DNA of 64,000 nucleotides from Nibricoccus sp. (GCA_047602425.1 JASGHG010000001.1:192001-256000); one strand, 5' to 3'; shown: positions 1-10,052, counted from the first letter of the stretch. Program-made: numbers and translations. The notes: generated by a model from the letters alone, not told the origin.

Positions 1-2
1 TC

Positions 3-1610
3 GGTGCGCGCCTCGGCAGCCTGCCGCTCGCGAATCCCGACGAGGGTCGCTACGCGGAAATCGCCCGCGAAATGCTCGCGACGGGCGATTGGGTTCTGCC
101 CCGGCTCAACGAAGTTTTTTATTTTGAAAAACCTCCCCTCGTCTACTGGCTGACCGCCGCGAGTCTGGCCGTTTTTGGCGAGAATGCCTGGGCCGCACGC
201 CTTCCGAATGCGCTGATTGCGCTCGGCGGCATTTTGATCACCTACGCCGCCACACGCCGGCTTTACGGACGCGATGCCGGTTTTGCCGCCGCGGTGGTTT
301 TGGGAACTTCGGTGCTCTTTTTTGTCCTCGGTCGGATTCTCATCCTCGACATGACTGTGTCGGTCTTCATGGCCGCGGCGCTGTTTTGTTTTATCCTCGG
401 CGTGCGTGAACAGCCGGGGCGCACGCGGCGTCTGTTTTTTTATGGATTCTACGCGAGCGCCGCGCTGGCCACCTTAAGCAAGGGCCTCATCGGTTTTCTG
501 GTGACGGGCGCAGTGATGTTTTTCTGGCTGTTAATCTTCAACCAATGGCGACGACTGCGTCCGTTCTACCTGCCGAGCGGCGCGTTGCTCTTCCTGGCAA
601 TCACCGCGCCTTGGCATTTGCTCGCCGCGCAACGCAATCCCGACTGGGCACATTTCTACTTTGTGCGTGAGCATTGGTTGCGCTTCACCACCACGACCCA
701 TGGTCGCTATGAACCATGGTGGTACTTCATTCCGGTTTTGCTGGCCGGGCTATTCCCGTGGACCGGCTATCTCTGTCCAGCGCTGCGCAAGGGCCTGGCC
801 GGCGGTTGGGCGAAACGTAACGAAAATGCGGATACGTGGTTTCTCGTCACGTGGGCGGCCTTCATTTTTCTATTTTTCAGCCGTTCGCAGTCGAAGCTGC
901 CGCCTTATATTCTTCCGATCTTTCCCGCGCTCGCCGCGCTGGTTGGCAACTGGATCGCTACTCAATGGCGCGAGAATTCCCTTCGCCCTTTCCGCATCGG
1001 GTTGATCCTTTTCAGCGTCGGCTCGGTGGTCGTTGGTCTCGCAGCCGCCGCCGTGGCAATTCATCCGGGTTTGATCCGCGAACGCGAACTCGCCGAAGCC
1101 GCACGCTGGCATGCCGTCGCTCTCGCCGGTGCAACACTTGCGGGCACGTGGCTCACGTGGCAATTCGGCCGGAGCCGCGGGCTTCGCTGGATGTTCGGCG
1201 CACAAGCCGGGACGTTGATCGCGTTTTTCCTCGTCGCCAACGCCGTCGTGCCCCTCGTCGTGCATCGCAATACCCTCGCCCTCGCCGAAATCGTTTCCGC
1301 CAGGATTCAGCCAGGCGATCGCGTGTACCATTATCATGGTTTTTTCCATGACTTCGTTTTTTATACGAAGAGCCCGGCCGGCACGGTGAATTGGCCCGAC
1401 GAACTCGAACTCGACATCGATCCCGCCGCTCGCGCAAGTGGCCGCTACATCGACGACGCGGAATTCCATCGCCAATGGAATGGTTCGCAACGCCTGTGGG
1501 TCGTCGCCCGCAAACGCATCGCCGATGCCCTGCTCTTCTCCAACCCCGATTTCCGTTATCATTTGATTGGCGAGACGAGGGGCCATTATCTTTTCAGCAA
1601 CAAACCCTGA
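3..1610 (+). CDS. arnT: ArnT-family (GT39/83) lipid A 4-amino-4-deoxy-L-arabinose transferase, 5' truncated by window edge
   Basis: Frame open from base 3; N-terminal PDEGRYAEIAREM and YFEKPPL motifs, many TM segments, first gene of the arn cluster. Confidence 0.85.
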   Translation, partial: GARLGSLPLANPDEGRYAEIAREMLATGDWVLPRLNEVFYFEKPPLVYWLTAASLAVFGENAWAARLPNALIALGGILITYAATRRLYGRDAGFAAAVVLGTSVLFFVLGRILILDMTVSVFMAAALFCFILGVREQPGRTRRLFFYGFYASAALATLSKGLIGFLVTGAVMFFWLLIFNQWRRLRPFYLPSGALLFLAITAPWHLLAAQRNPDWAHFYFVREHWLRFTTTTHGRYEPWWYFIPVLLAGLFPWTGYLCPALRKGLAGGWAKRNENADTWFLVTWAAFIFLFFSRSQSKLPPYILPIFPALAALVGNWIATQWRENSLRPFRIGLILFSVGSVVVGLAAAAVAIHPGLIRERELAEAARWHAVALAGATLAGTWLTWQFGRSRGLRWMFGAQAGTLIAFFLVANAVVPLVVHRNTLALAEIVSARIQPGDRVYHYHGFFHDFVFYTKSPAGTVNWPDELELDIDPAARASGRYIDDAEFHRQWNGSQRLWVVARKRIADALLFSNPDFRYHLIGETRGHYLFSNKP

Positions 1611-1611
1611 C

Positions 1612-2784
1612 ATGGCCGTTCCCTCCCAAACATCCACCACCACTCCGCCGTTCCTGCCGATGACGCGGCCCACGATCGACGATGAAACCATCGCCGGCGT
1701 CTGCGAGGTTCTCCGCTCCGGCTGGATCACCACTGGTCCAAAGTCGAAAGAACTCGAGGCCAAGCTCTCCGCCTATTTCGGCGGCCGTCCGGTGCGCGTG
1801 TTCAACTCCGGCACCTGCACGATGGAAATCGCGCTGCGCATCGCCGGCATCGGCCCCGGCCATGAGGTCATCACCACACCCATGTCGTGGGTCGCCACCA
1901 GCAATGTCATCCTCGAAGTCGGCGCCAAACCCGTCTTCGTCGACATCGATCCTGTTACGCGCAACATCGATCTTTCCCGTATCGAAGCCGCCATTACACC
2001 GGCCACGCGCGCCATCATGCCGGTCGATCTCGCCGGCCTGCCCGTCGACCGGGATAAACTCTACGCCATCGCCAAAAAACACAACCTCCGCGTGATCGAG
2101 GACGCCGCGCAGTCCATCGGCACGACTTGGAAAGGCAAATTGATCGGCAGCTTTGGCGATTGCGTTTCGTTCAGCTTTCATCCGAACAAAAACGTTACCA
2201 CAATTGAAGGCGGCTGCCTCGTCCTCAACAACGAGCAAGAGGCAAAACTCGCCGAACAGTATCGCCTGCAGGGCGTCGTTCGCTCCGGTATGGATGGCAT
2301 GGAAGTCGAGGTCCTCGGCGGAAAGTTCAATCTCACCGACGTCGCCGCCCGGGTCGGACTCGGACAGCTCGCGCAGGTCGACGCCTTCACCGCGCGGCGT
2401 CGCGAACTCGCACGTTTGTACTTTGAAAAATTCTCCACGCTCAACGCACGTTCGACCGGTCTGCAACTGCCCGTCGCCGATTTCGATCAGAGCAACTGGC
2501 ACATGTTCCAGGTCGTTTTGCCCGAGGAAAAACTTTCGGTGAAACGCGCCGAGATCATGACCCGCCTGAACGCCGCCGGAATTGGCACAGGTGTTCACTA
2601 CCCGGCCATTCATCTTTTCGCGCTCTATCGCCGCCTCGGTTGGAAGGCAGGAGATTTTCCTCACGCCGAATATTTTGGCCGCAACACCCTCACGCTTCCG
2701 CTCTTTCCTACCATGCACGACTCCGACGTCGCACGCGTGGTCGACACCCTCGTTTCCATCGTGCAAGCCTGCCTTCAACCATGA
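1612..2784 (+). CDS. arnB: DegT/DnrJ/EryC1/StrS PLP aminotransferase (ArnB-like)
   Basis: SGWITTGP, IEDAAQS and FSFHPNKN (PLP lysine) motifs; arn context; ATG 1 nt after the arnT stop. Confidence 0.85.
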   Translation: MAVPSQTSTTTPPFLPMTRPTIDDETIAGVCEVLRSGWITTGPKSKELEAKLSAYFGGRPVRVFNSGTCTMEIALRIAGIGPGHEVITTPMSWVATSNVILEVGAKPVFVDIDPVTRNIDLSRIEAAITPATRAIMPVDLAGLPVDRDKLYAIAKKHNLRVIEDAAQSIGTTWKGKLIGSFGDCVSFSFHPNKNVTTIEGGCLVLNNEQEAKLAEQYRLQGVVRSGMDGMEVEVLGGKFNLTDVAARVGLGQLAQVDAFTARRRELARLYFEKFSTLNARSTGLQLPVADFDQSNWHMFQVVLPEEKLSVKRAEIMTRLNAAGIGTGVHYPAIHLFALYRRLGWKAGDFPHAEYFGRNTLTLPLFPTMHDSDVARVVDTLVSIVQACLQP

Positions 2785-3734
2785 GCACGCCCAAATCCGT
2801 CCAGCTCTCCATTGTCATTCCCGTTTATAACGAGGAGCTGAATCTCCCGACGCTTTTCCAGCGCCTTTATCCGGTGCTCGACGGTCTCGGCCGCAGCTAC
2901 GAAATCATTTTCACCAACGACGGTTCGCACGACAAATCGATCGAACTGCTCAAAACCCAGCATGCCGCACGGCCCGACGTCACGCGCGTCATCGATTTCA
3001 ACGCCAACTATGGCCAGCATATGGCCATCATCGCCGCCTTCGAACGGGTGCGCGGCAACACGATCGTGACCCTCGATGCCGATCTGCAAAATCCACCCGA
3101 GGAAATTCCGAAGCTGCTCGCCCTCGTCGACATTGGCCACGATTGCGTCGGAGGCGCCCGTCTGAATCGCCAGGACTCGTTCTTTCGCACCTACGCTTCG
3201 AAATTCATCAACTTCGTGCGCAAGCAGACGACGAATATCGAGATGACCGACCAGGGCTGCATGCTCCGCGCCTATTCGCGTCCCATTGTCGACGCCATCG
3301 TGCGTAGTGGAGCCATCAATACGTTCATCCCCGCCCTCGCCTACAGCTACGCCGGAAATCCAACCGAGGTTGGCGTCAAACACGAGGAACGTCACGCCGG
3401 CGTCTCCAACTATTCGCTCTACAAACTCATCCGGCTCAACTTCGACCTCATCACCGGCTTTTCCCTCGCGCCCCTCCAGTATTTCACGATGTTCGCCGGC
3501 CTGAGTTCGCTCGGCAGCCTGGCGCTCGTCGCCGTGCTGCTTTTCCGCCGTTTCATTCTACACCTCGACGCCGAAACTTTTGGCGTGTTCACGTTGTTCG
3601 CCATTCTGTTCTTCCTGCTTAGCGTGACCATGATCGGTATCGGCCTGATCGGCGAATACGTCGGCCGCACCTATCAGGTGGTTCGTCATCGCCAGCGCTA
3701 TTTCGTGAAGGAGGTTCTGGAAACCAAGGAATGA
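2781..3734 (+). CDS. arnC: GT2 undecaprenyl-phosphate Ara4FN transferase (ArnC-like)
   Basis: SIVIPVYNEE, NDGS, TLDADLQNPP motifs, two C-terminal TM helices; ATGA overlap with arnB. Confidence 0.85.
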   Translation: MSTPKSVQLSIVIPVYNEELNLPTLFQRLYPVLDGLGRSYEIIFTNDGSHDKSIELLKTQHAARPDVTRVIDFNANYGQHMAIIAAFERVRGNTIVTLDADLQNPPEEIPKLLALVDIGHDCVGGARLNRQDSFFRTYASKFINFVRKQTTNIEMTDQGCMLRAYSRPIVDAIVRSGAINTFIPALAYSYAGNPTEVGVKHEERHAGVSNYSLYKLIRLNFDLITGFSLAPLQYFTMFAGLSSLGSLALVAVLLFRRFILHLDAETFGVFTLFAILFFLLSVTMIGIGLIGEYVGRTYQVVRHRQRYFVKEVLETKE

Positions 3735-4234
3735 GCGCCAAGCCTACGCTGCATCTTATCCACGGGATTCCCGGCTCAGGCAAAACGACCTTCGCGCGCA
3801 AACTGGAGCAGGACCTCCACGCCGTTCGCTTTTCACCCGACGAATGGATGGTGACGCTGCACGGCACGAACCCGCCCGAACCATTGTTTCGCGAACAGCA
3901 TGAGCGCATCATGGAACTAATCTGGGAGCACGTTGAGCGAGTACTGAAAGCGGGATGCGATGTCGTTTTGGATGGCGGTTTTTGGAGTCGCGCCTCTCGC
4001 GACGATGCTCGGCGCCGCTCCGAAAAATTGGGCGTAGCCTGCAAGTTCTACGCCCTCCGTTGCAGCGTCGAGGAAGCTCGGCGGCGAGTCTCAGCCCGTA
4101 CAAAAGCCATGCCACCCGGCACCTTGGAGATAACGGAGCCAACGTTTGATTTTCTACTCGGCAAACTCGAATCACTCGGCGCGGATGAGGAGTGTATTGA
4201 AGTGCCGAGCGACGCCGTCTACACCAATTCATAA
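3731..4234 (+). CDS. AAA_33-type P-loop ATPase / predicted nucleotide-kinase-like protein
   Basis: Walker A GIPGSGKTT, FSPDEW, VVLDGGFWSR; ATGA overlap with arnC. Confidence 0.75.
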   Translation: MSAKPTLHLIHGIPGSGKTTFARKLEQDLHAVRFSPDEWMVTLHGTNPPEPLFREQHERIMELIWEHVERVLKAGCDVVLDGGFWSRASRDDARRRSEKLGVACKFYALRCSVEEARRRVSARTKAMPPGTLEITEPTFDFLLGKLESLGADEECIEVPSDAVYTNS

Positions 4235-4236
4235 GT

Positions 4237-5139
4237 ATGGAAAAGCCACGCATCGTTTTCTTCGGCTACAGCGAAGTCGGCTACGAATGCCTCTCACTGC
4301 TTCTCAATCGCGGTGACAACGTCGTCGCCCTCATCACGCACGAGGATAATCCCAACGAGAAAATCTGGTTTAAGACCCCGGCCGTCGCCGCTCGCGAAAA
4401 AAATATTCCGGTTTTCACGCCCGAAAACGTCAACACTCCGGAATGGCGCGAGAAAATCGCCGCATTCAAACCCGATCTGATCCTATCCGTTTACTACCGC
4501 CACATGATCGGCACCAAGATCCTCGGCCTAGCGCCGCTGGGCGCCTTCAACATGCACGGTTCGCTCCTGCCTAAATACCGCGGCCGCGCCCCCATCAACT
4601 GGGCCGTGCTCCACGGCGAATCACGCATCGGCATGACCTTGCACCGGATGGTTAAAGCCCCCGATGCCGGCGCCATCATCGATCAGGAAGGTGTAGCCAT
4701 TGGTCCACGCGACAGCGCCGAAGTCGCTTTTCGCAAGGTCCTCCCGTGCGCGAAAAAAATTCTTCATCGCCGGATCGACGATTTGCTCGCCGGCACCATT
4801 CTCGAAGTCCCGCAGGACGAGTCGCAGGCCACCTACTTCGGCGGACGCAAACCCGAGGACGGCCGCATCAACTGGACGCAAACCTCAAAGCAAATCTTCA
4901 ACCTCATCCGCGCCGTCACCGATCCCTACCCCGGCGCCTTCGTCGACGTCGGCGGCTCACGGCTCATGGTGTGGTGGGCCGAACCGCTTTCCATCGCCAC
5001 GGTCAATCGCAAGGGCAAGCCCGGCGAAGTGCTCTCGATCGATCCCCTTGTCGTCGGCACCGCCGATGGCTCGCTCGAACTCACCCGCACCGAGTGGCGC
5101 GGCCCCAAGCCTGCGCTGCAGATCGGCCAACTGATTTGA
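4237..5139 (+). CDS. arnA: Formyltransferase (stand-alone ArnA N-terminal domain)
   Basis: FNMHGSLLPKYRGRAPINW, YFGGRKPEDGRINW, RAVTDPYPGAF. Confidence 0.85.
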   Translation: MEKPRIVFFGYSEVGYECLSLLLNRGDNVVALITHEDNPNEKIWFKTPAVAAREKNIPVFTPENVNTPEWREKIAAFKPDLILSVYYRHMIGTKILGLAPLGAFNMHGSLLPKYRGRAPINWAVLHGESRIGMTLHRMVKAPDAGAIIDQEGVAIGPRDSAEVAFRKVLPCAKKILHRRIDDLLAGTILEVPQDESQATYFGGRKPEDGRINWTQTSKQIFNLIRAVTDPYPGAFVDVGGSRLMVWWAEPLSIATVNRKGKPGEVLSIDPLVVGTADGSLELTRTEWRGPKPALQIGQLI

Positions 5140-5236
5140 CGTAATCTCTCAAGAGACGGCACTCCAGCCATAGAACTCGGCAAAATTTCAGCCTTTCAGC
5201 CCTGCGTTCTTTCAGTCTTTCTCTCCTCTTCTCTCC

Positions 5237-6274
5237 ATGCCCATCAAAGTCCTCATCCTCGGCGCCAACGGTTTCATCGGCAGTTCGCTCACGCGTGCTA
5301 TCCTTTCCAAAAAAGATTGGGAAGTCTACGGCATGGACATCGGCAACCACAAACTCACCCACAGCCTCGGCAACCCCCGCTTCAAATTCGTCGAGGGCGA
5401 CATCACCATCAATCGCGAGTGGATCGAGTACCACGTCAAAAAATGCGACGCCGTCATCCCGCTCGTCGCCATTGCGAATCCGGTCCAGTACGTCAAAGAC
5501 CCGCTGCGCGTCTTCGAACTCGATTTCGAAGCCAACCTCGCGATCGTCCGGCAGGCCGTTAAATACAAAAAGCGCGTCATCTTCCCTTCCACTTCCGAGG
5601 TCTACGGCATGTGCCCCGACAAGGAGCTCAACGAAGAAACCAGCACGCTCGTCTATGGCCCGATCGAGCGCCAGCGCTGGATCTACGCCAATTCCAAGCA
5701 ACTTCTCGATCGTGTCATTTACGCCTATGGCGTCCGCGACAATCTGGACTACACGCTTTTTAGGCCTTTCAACTGGATTGGGCCGCAGCTCGATGACGTA
5801 TTCGAACCCAAGGAAGGCAGTTCGCGCCTCTTCACCCAGTTCATCTCCAACGTCATTTTCAAAAAGCCGCTTCAACTTGTCGACGGCGGCAAACAAAGCC
5901 GCTCCTTCACCTTCATCGACGACGGCATCGACGCCCTTCTCCGCATCATCGAAAACAAGGACGGCTGCGCCTCACGCCAGATTTTCAACCTCGGCAATCC
6001 GAAGAATGACGTCAGCGTCGCCGATCTCGCGGATTTGATCATCGATGCTTTCAAGGGCTACCCTGACTACGCCGAACACGTCAAAGCCGCCAAAGTCGTG
6101 AAGGTCTCCTCCGGCCAGTACTTCGGAAAATACTACCAGGACATCCAGAAACGCGTCCCCTCCATCGCCAACGCCAAAAAACGCCTCGGCTGGACCCCCA
6201 AGGTCAACCTCAAGACCGCGATCAAGCTCACGCTCGACTATCACCTCGCGCACAGAGATTACCAGCTCGAGTGA
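5237..6274 (+). CDS. arnA: UDP-glucuronate oxidase/decarboxylase (stand-alone ArnA C-terminal domain)
   Basis: GANGFIG Rossmann motif, FPSTSEVYGM, RWIYANSK (YxxxK), RPFNWIGP, YQDIQKRVPSI. Confidence 0.9.
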   Translation: MPIKVLILGANGFIGSSLTRAILSKKDWEVYGMDIGNHKLTHSLGNPRFKFVEGDITINREWIEYHVKKCDAVIPLVAIANPVQYVKDPLRVFELDFEANLAIVRQAVKYKKRVIFPSTSEVYGMCPDKELNEETSTLVYGPIERQRWIYANSKQLLDRVIYAYGVRDNLDYTLFRPFNWIGPQLDDVFEPKEGSSRLFTQFISNVIFKKPLQLVDGGKQSRSFTFIDDGIDALLRIIENKDGCASRQIFNLGNPKNDVSVADLADLIIDAFKGYPDYAEHVKAAKVVKVSSGQYFGKYYQDIQKRVPSIANAKKRLGWTPKVNLKTAIKLTLDYHLAHRDYQLE

Positions 6275-6332
6275 TTCCCGAGCCCGTTGGTGCCAAGCAG
6301 CCCTGAAAACGCTTCCCAGGAGGCAGCCGCCT

Positions 6333-6396
6333 CTGGGAACGCCCGCGTCCCCGCCGGCATCGCTTTAAAAGCCGACGAGGACGTCGGCGCTCCCAG
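6333..6396. repeat. Inverted pair of REP-like GC-rich palindromic units
   Basis: ctgggaacgcccgcgtccccgccggc (6333-6358) matches the reverse complement of gccgacgaggacgtcggcgctcccag (6371-6396) at 21/26; intergenic. Confidence 0.6.
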
Positions 6397-6533
6397 CGCA
6401 TAACGCCCGGCCCGCCTTGGCGGAGGCGGACGGATCGTCCCTACCTTTATACGTTTGAATGCAACGAGGCATTACCAGTTTCCACACCTAATTTTTTCCT
6501 TTTCCGCTGACGCCGTCTCGTTGTACTCGTGGC

Positions 6534-8327
6534 ATGGCAACTATGCACGAGGGTGGCTCAGAGCTGTTTTTGGACCGCAACAAGATCGATTCCTTCCGGG
6601 AAACGACCAGGGTCTTGTCGGAATTTTACGAACTCAAAAAGAGTCGCTTCAACTCAGTTATCGAATCCCAGGTGGCGCTGCGCGACATACATCGCCGTCA
6701 GAATGACGAAATCGGCACGCGCTACTATGCATCCTGCAAAGATTACCTCAAGGAACTATTTCGTTCCTGTCTGGCGGAATTGCTCCAGGCCGGGAAACCC
6801 CTGGACGCCCTCTACTCGTCATACCTCACCTGGTTCGGCCACTGGATTAACGCCTTGAAGGCCCAGTTGGAGGAAAAATACGGCAATCAACACGGCTCAG
6901 ACGACACCAACAAATCGCGCCCCAGTTCTCATCGCCTCAAAATAACCGCGGCCGAGAACGCACTGACTCCGCCTCTCGCCTCTGCCAAGGCCCCTCCCGG
7001 GGCGCAAGCATGCATCGATTGTTTCTGCAAATCCGTCAAAGACCACCTCGGCACAGACGCTCTTCATATTGCCGGCGAGGTGATGGTTAGCACCCCGATA
7101 AAATCCATCGGCAAATTTAGAGATTGGCTGGAGCAATCCCCGGTGGAGTTGACCCCACTCAGGGAAACCAGCCTCGTTTTCCACGCGAAATTCATCGAAC
7201 GCAGCGCTGCGGGTTCACGAATCGAGTACAAAATTTATACGGCGATGAATCGCATTTCCCAACCCCTGGCTCCCCACTTGAAGCGCATCATCGCGGAACG
7301 GGATCTCACCATCCACAACTGGATGCTCGCCCAAATGCTCTCCCGCTGGCGTGCCGATTATTTCCCTCAACTCGTCCCTCCCGAGACCATACACTCGCCA
7401 CCTGACTACGACTACCAGAGCGCGTTCAGCATTCTGCAGTCGTATTTTCAAACCGAGCCTCATCACTGGCCAACCTTTGCCCAAGGCGTCGTCGAGTTGG
7501 TGGAACGCCCGCGAACCTTCCTGCGCTGGAACTGCGGGCCGGAACATCATCCGATCAAACGCCAGCTTAGAAATTTCATCGAGCTGGTGACCGGCCCCAT
7601 CGCAAACCCCGTCGAGCGCAACGATCTGTTGACCCGCCTAAAGTCGCCCGGAGCAACCCGCGAGGAAATATTGATCCTCACAAGCGAGTACCTGGCTCTG
7701 CTCAGCGACCAAAAGCCCACGCCTGCCCAGATCCGACGTGAGCTCGACCCGATTGTGTCTGGCTGGACAGACAACCTTCCCCTGTGGCTCCCCAGCCTCC
7801 GGGTCGCGGAGCAAAAATTCCGGCTGCGCCGGGCCGATGATGTCGAGTTGGAAAAGTTGATGGCCGAGGAAACCGCTGCTGAAGAGGAAGCAGAGCAATT
7901 GAGGGCGACCTGGAGTAATTTCCACATGGAACACTCCGATGGAGTGGAACCAGCCTTCCTCGATGAAACCGAAACGATCGCCATCACCTACGTCGAAAAC
8001 CTGGGAGCCGAATCGTGGCGAACCCACGCGATCCGATGCCCACGGCACGACTTTGCCATCGCCTTCGATCTCCACCTGTTCGACCACGACGTGGAAACCG
8101 TGGTCCCCGTTTCCTCGATTGCTCGCGCAATCGAACATTACCTTTTCGAGATGACGACGGAACAGCAGAACATGGTTCCGATGGAACGAATCGCCGGTGA
8201 ACCATGGCGGAAACTTAAGCGTGGCGGCCAGCGCATTTACATCCTTGAGAAAAACGGCGAGATCTTCGTTCACCTTATGAAACGAAAAGACTGGGCGTTC
8301 GCCTCAGTCCAAGAAGCGAGATACTAA
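6534..8327 (+). CDS. Hypothetical protein (597 aa), helical, with a possible C-terminal RelE/ParE-like domain
   Basis: Long ORF; C-terminus WRKLKRGGQRIYILEKNGEIFVHLMKRKD resembles the RelE beta-strand pattern. Confidence 0.7.
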   Translation: MATMHEGGSELFLDRNKIDSFRETTRVLSEFYELKKSRFNSVIESQVALRDIHRRQNDEIGTRYYASCKDYLKELFRSCLAELLQAGKPLDALYSSYLTWFGHWINALKAQLEEKYGNQHGSDDTNKSRPSSHRLKITAAENALTPPLASAKAPPGAQACIDCFCKSVKDHLGTDALHIAGEVMVSTPIKSIGKFRDWLEQSPVELTPLRETSLVFHAKFIERSAAGSRIEYKIYTAMNRISQPLAPHLKRIIAERDLTIHNWMLAQMLSRWRADYFPQLVPPETIHSPPDYDYQSAFSILQSYFQTEPHHWPTFAQGVVELVERPRTFLRWNCGPEHHPIKRQLRNFIELVTGPIANPVERNDLLTRLKSPGATREEILILTSEYLALLSDQKPTPAQIRRELDPIVSGWTDNLPLWLPSLRVAEQKFRLRRADDVELEKLMAEETAAEEEAEQLRATWSNFHMEHSDGVEPAFLDETETIAITYVENLGAESWRTHAIRCPRHDFAIAFDLHLFDHDVETVVPVSSIARAIEHYLFEMTTEQQNMVPMERIAGEPWRKLKRGGQRIYILEKNGEIFVHLMKRKDWAFASVQEARY

Positions 8328-8335
8328 CCTCGTTG

Positions 8336-8968
8336 CTAGAAGCTGTACTGCGCCGTCAGCAGAATCGTGCGCGGACGGATCTTGTCGGTGAAAAACGACG
8401 AGCCTGCCCTGAATTTTGCCTCTGGCAGATCGATCTGCAGGTATTTGATTCCGATGACAAAGGGTCCGGGCGGGTGGATCGAAATTCCCAGCCCGTAGCG
8501 AAACCGGGAACTATAGCCGGACTGGATGTTGGGATCGCCGTCGCTTTGGAAGTTCGTGCGCAGATGAATGTCCGAGTACAGCACACCCACTTCCGGATCG
8601 ATGCTGAGGAGGGGAATAACGTGGATCATCGGCGCAAAGGACGCGTAGAAGCCTTTCGCTCCCACAGTCAGTGGATAAATTTCGCCCGTCGGCGACGTCG
8701 ATGGACCAGTGACTTTGCCCCAATCTTCATAGCCCGCCGTCACGCGCAGAAAATCCGTGAACGAATATCCGCCGCCCACCGCCCAATAATTGCCGTGCTC
8801 GTTCACTTCCGAATTGGGCACGGAACTGCGCGTCGCATCGACGTAACGCGTCGTGTATTTCGTGCGGAACTGACTTTGACCGCCCGCCGCCGTGACAAAA
8901 AAGCCTGTGCTTGCCTGAGCCGCCAAGCCTGTAAACGCCACCAGAAAGAAGCAGAGTGATTTTTTCAT
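8336..8968 (-). CDS. Outer-membrane beta-barrel protein (OmpA-like transmembrane domain)
   Basis: Signal peptide MKKSLCFFLVAFTGLAAQA, alternating beta-strand pattern, C-terminal YSF. Confidence 0.7.
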   Translation of the reverse strand: MKKSLCFFLVAFTGLAAQASTGFFVTAAGGQSQFRTKYTTRYVDATRSSVPNSEVNEHGNYWAVGGGYSFTDFLRVTAGYEDWGKVTGPSTSPTGEIYPLTVGAKGFYASFAPMIHVIPLLSIDPEVGVLYSDIHLRTNFQSDGDPNIQSGYSSRFRYGLGISIHPPGPFVIGIKYLQIDLPEAKFRAGSSFFTDKIRPRTILLTAQYSF

Positions 8969-9114
8969 GATACCAGGAGTTTTTCCCGACTTTTGATTCC
9001 CAAACTGCGCAGACCGACCCGCGCCCAGCAAGTTCCCTCGCAACAAGATTTGCGGGTGTTTGAGGATTGCCGTGCCGGCCACCGTCTTGAAAGAGTGGCG
9101 CCCTTTCCTCTTTC

Positions 9115-10020
9115 ATGCCCATCCGCCTCGCACTCAAGATCGACGTCGACACCGACCGCGGCACACGCATCGGTGTGCCCAACCTTTTGCAAGATCTACA
9201 GGAATTCGAACTTCCCGCGTGCTTCCTCTTTTCCCTGGGGCCCGATCAGACCGGCCGCGCCATCACGCGCATTTTTCGGCCGGGCTTTTTCAAAAAAGTC
9301 AGCCGCACCAGCGTCGTGAAGCTTTACGGCATTCGCACGCTCCTCAACGGCACGCTCCTTCCCGCCCCGCACATCGGCCGCCGCAACACCCGCGCGCTGC
9401 GCAATGTCCGCGATGCCGGTCACGAGGTCGGCATTCATTGTTTCAACCACTACCGCTGGCAGGACTACGTGCATAAAATGTCCACGATCCAGATCCGCGA
9501 GGAATTCGTTGCCGCGCGGGCTGAGTTTCTCCGCATATTCGGCACGTCCGCCCAGACCGCGGGCGCCCCCGGTTGGCAAAGCAACGCCCGCAGTCGCCAA
9601 ATCTACGACGAAGCCGAACTGCTCTACTCGAGCGACGTGCGCGGGCACTCGCCGTTTTTTCCGCGGATCGACGGACAGGTTTCCAAAACCCTCGAAATCC
9701 CCAGCACGCTTCCAACCTTCGACGAACTTCTCGGCCGTCCCGAGTATCCCGAGAACAAAATCGTCGCCCATTACCTTTCCCTTCTGCGCGAAGATCGTCC
9801 CAATGTTTTCACGCTCCATGCCGAGATCGAAGGCATGGGCAAACGGCAGCTGTTCCGCGCATTGCTTGCCGCCTGTTACGAGGCGCGGGTGCAATTCATC
9901 CGGCTCGACGATCTCGCGCGTGAATTGCTGGCCGATCGCGAAAAAATTCCAGTCTGCGATCAGGTCGACGCCGAAATCGACGGCCGCAGCGGCAAAGTCG
10001 CCACGCAGGCCGCGTGTTAA
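9115..10020 (+). CDS. arnD: Ara4FN-undecaprenyl deformylase (ArnD, polysaccharide deacetylase fold)
   Basis: LKIDVDT, SLGPDQTGRA, GHEVGIH, PSTLPTFDELLG, FTLHAEIEG. Confidence 0.85.
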   Translation: MPIRLALKIDVDTDRGTRIGVPNLLQDLQEFELPACFLFSLGPDQTGRAITRIFRPGFFKKVSRTSVVKLYGIRTLLNGTLLPAPHIGRRNTRALRNVRDAGHEVGIHCFNHYRWQDYVHKMSTIQIREEFVAARAEFLRIFGTSAQTAGAPGWQSNARSRQIYDEAELLYSSDVRGHSPFFPRIDGQVSKTLEIPSTLPTFDELLGRPEYPENKIVAHYLSLLREDRPNVFTLHAEIEGMGKRQLFRALLAACYEARVQFIRLDDLARELLADREKIPVCDQVDAEIDGRSGKVATQAAC

Positions 10021-10052
10021 TTTTCTGGTAGGAGCGCCATCTAAGCTGGAAA

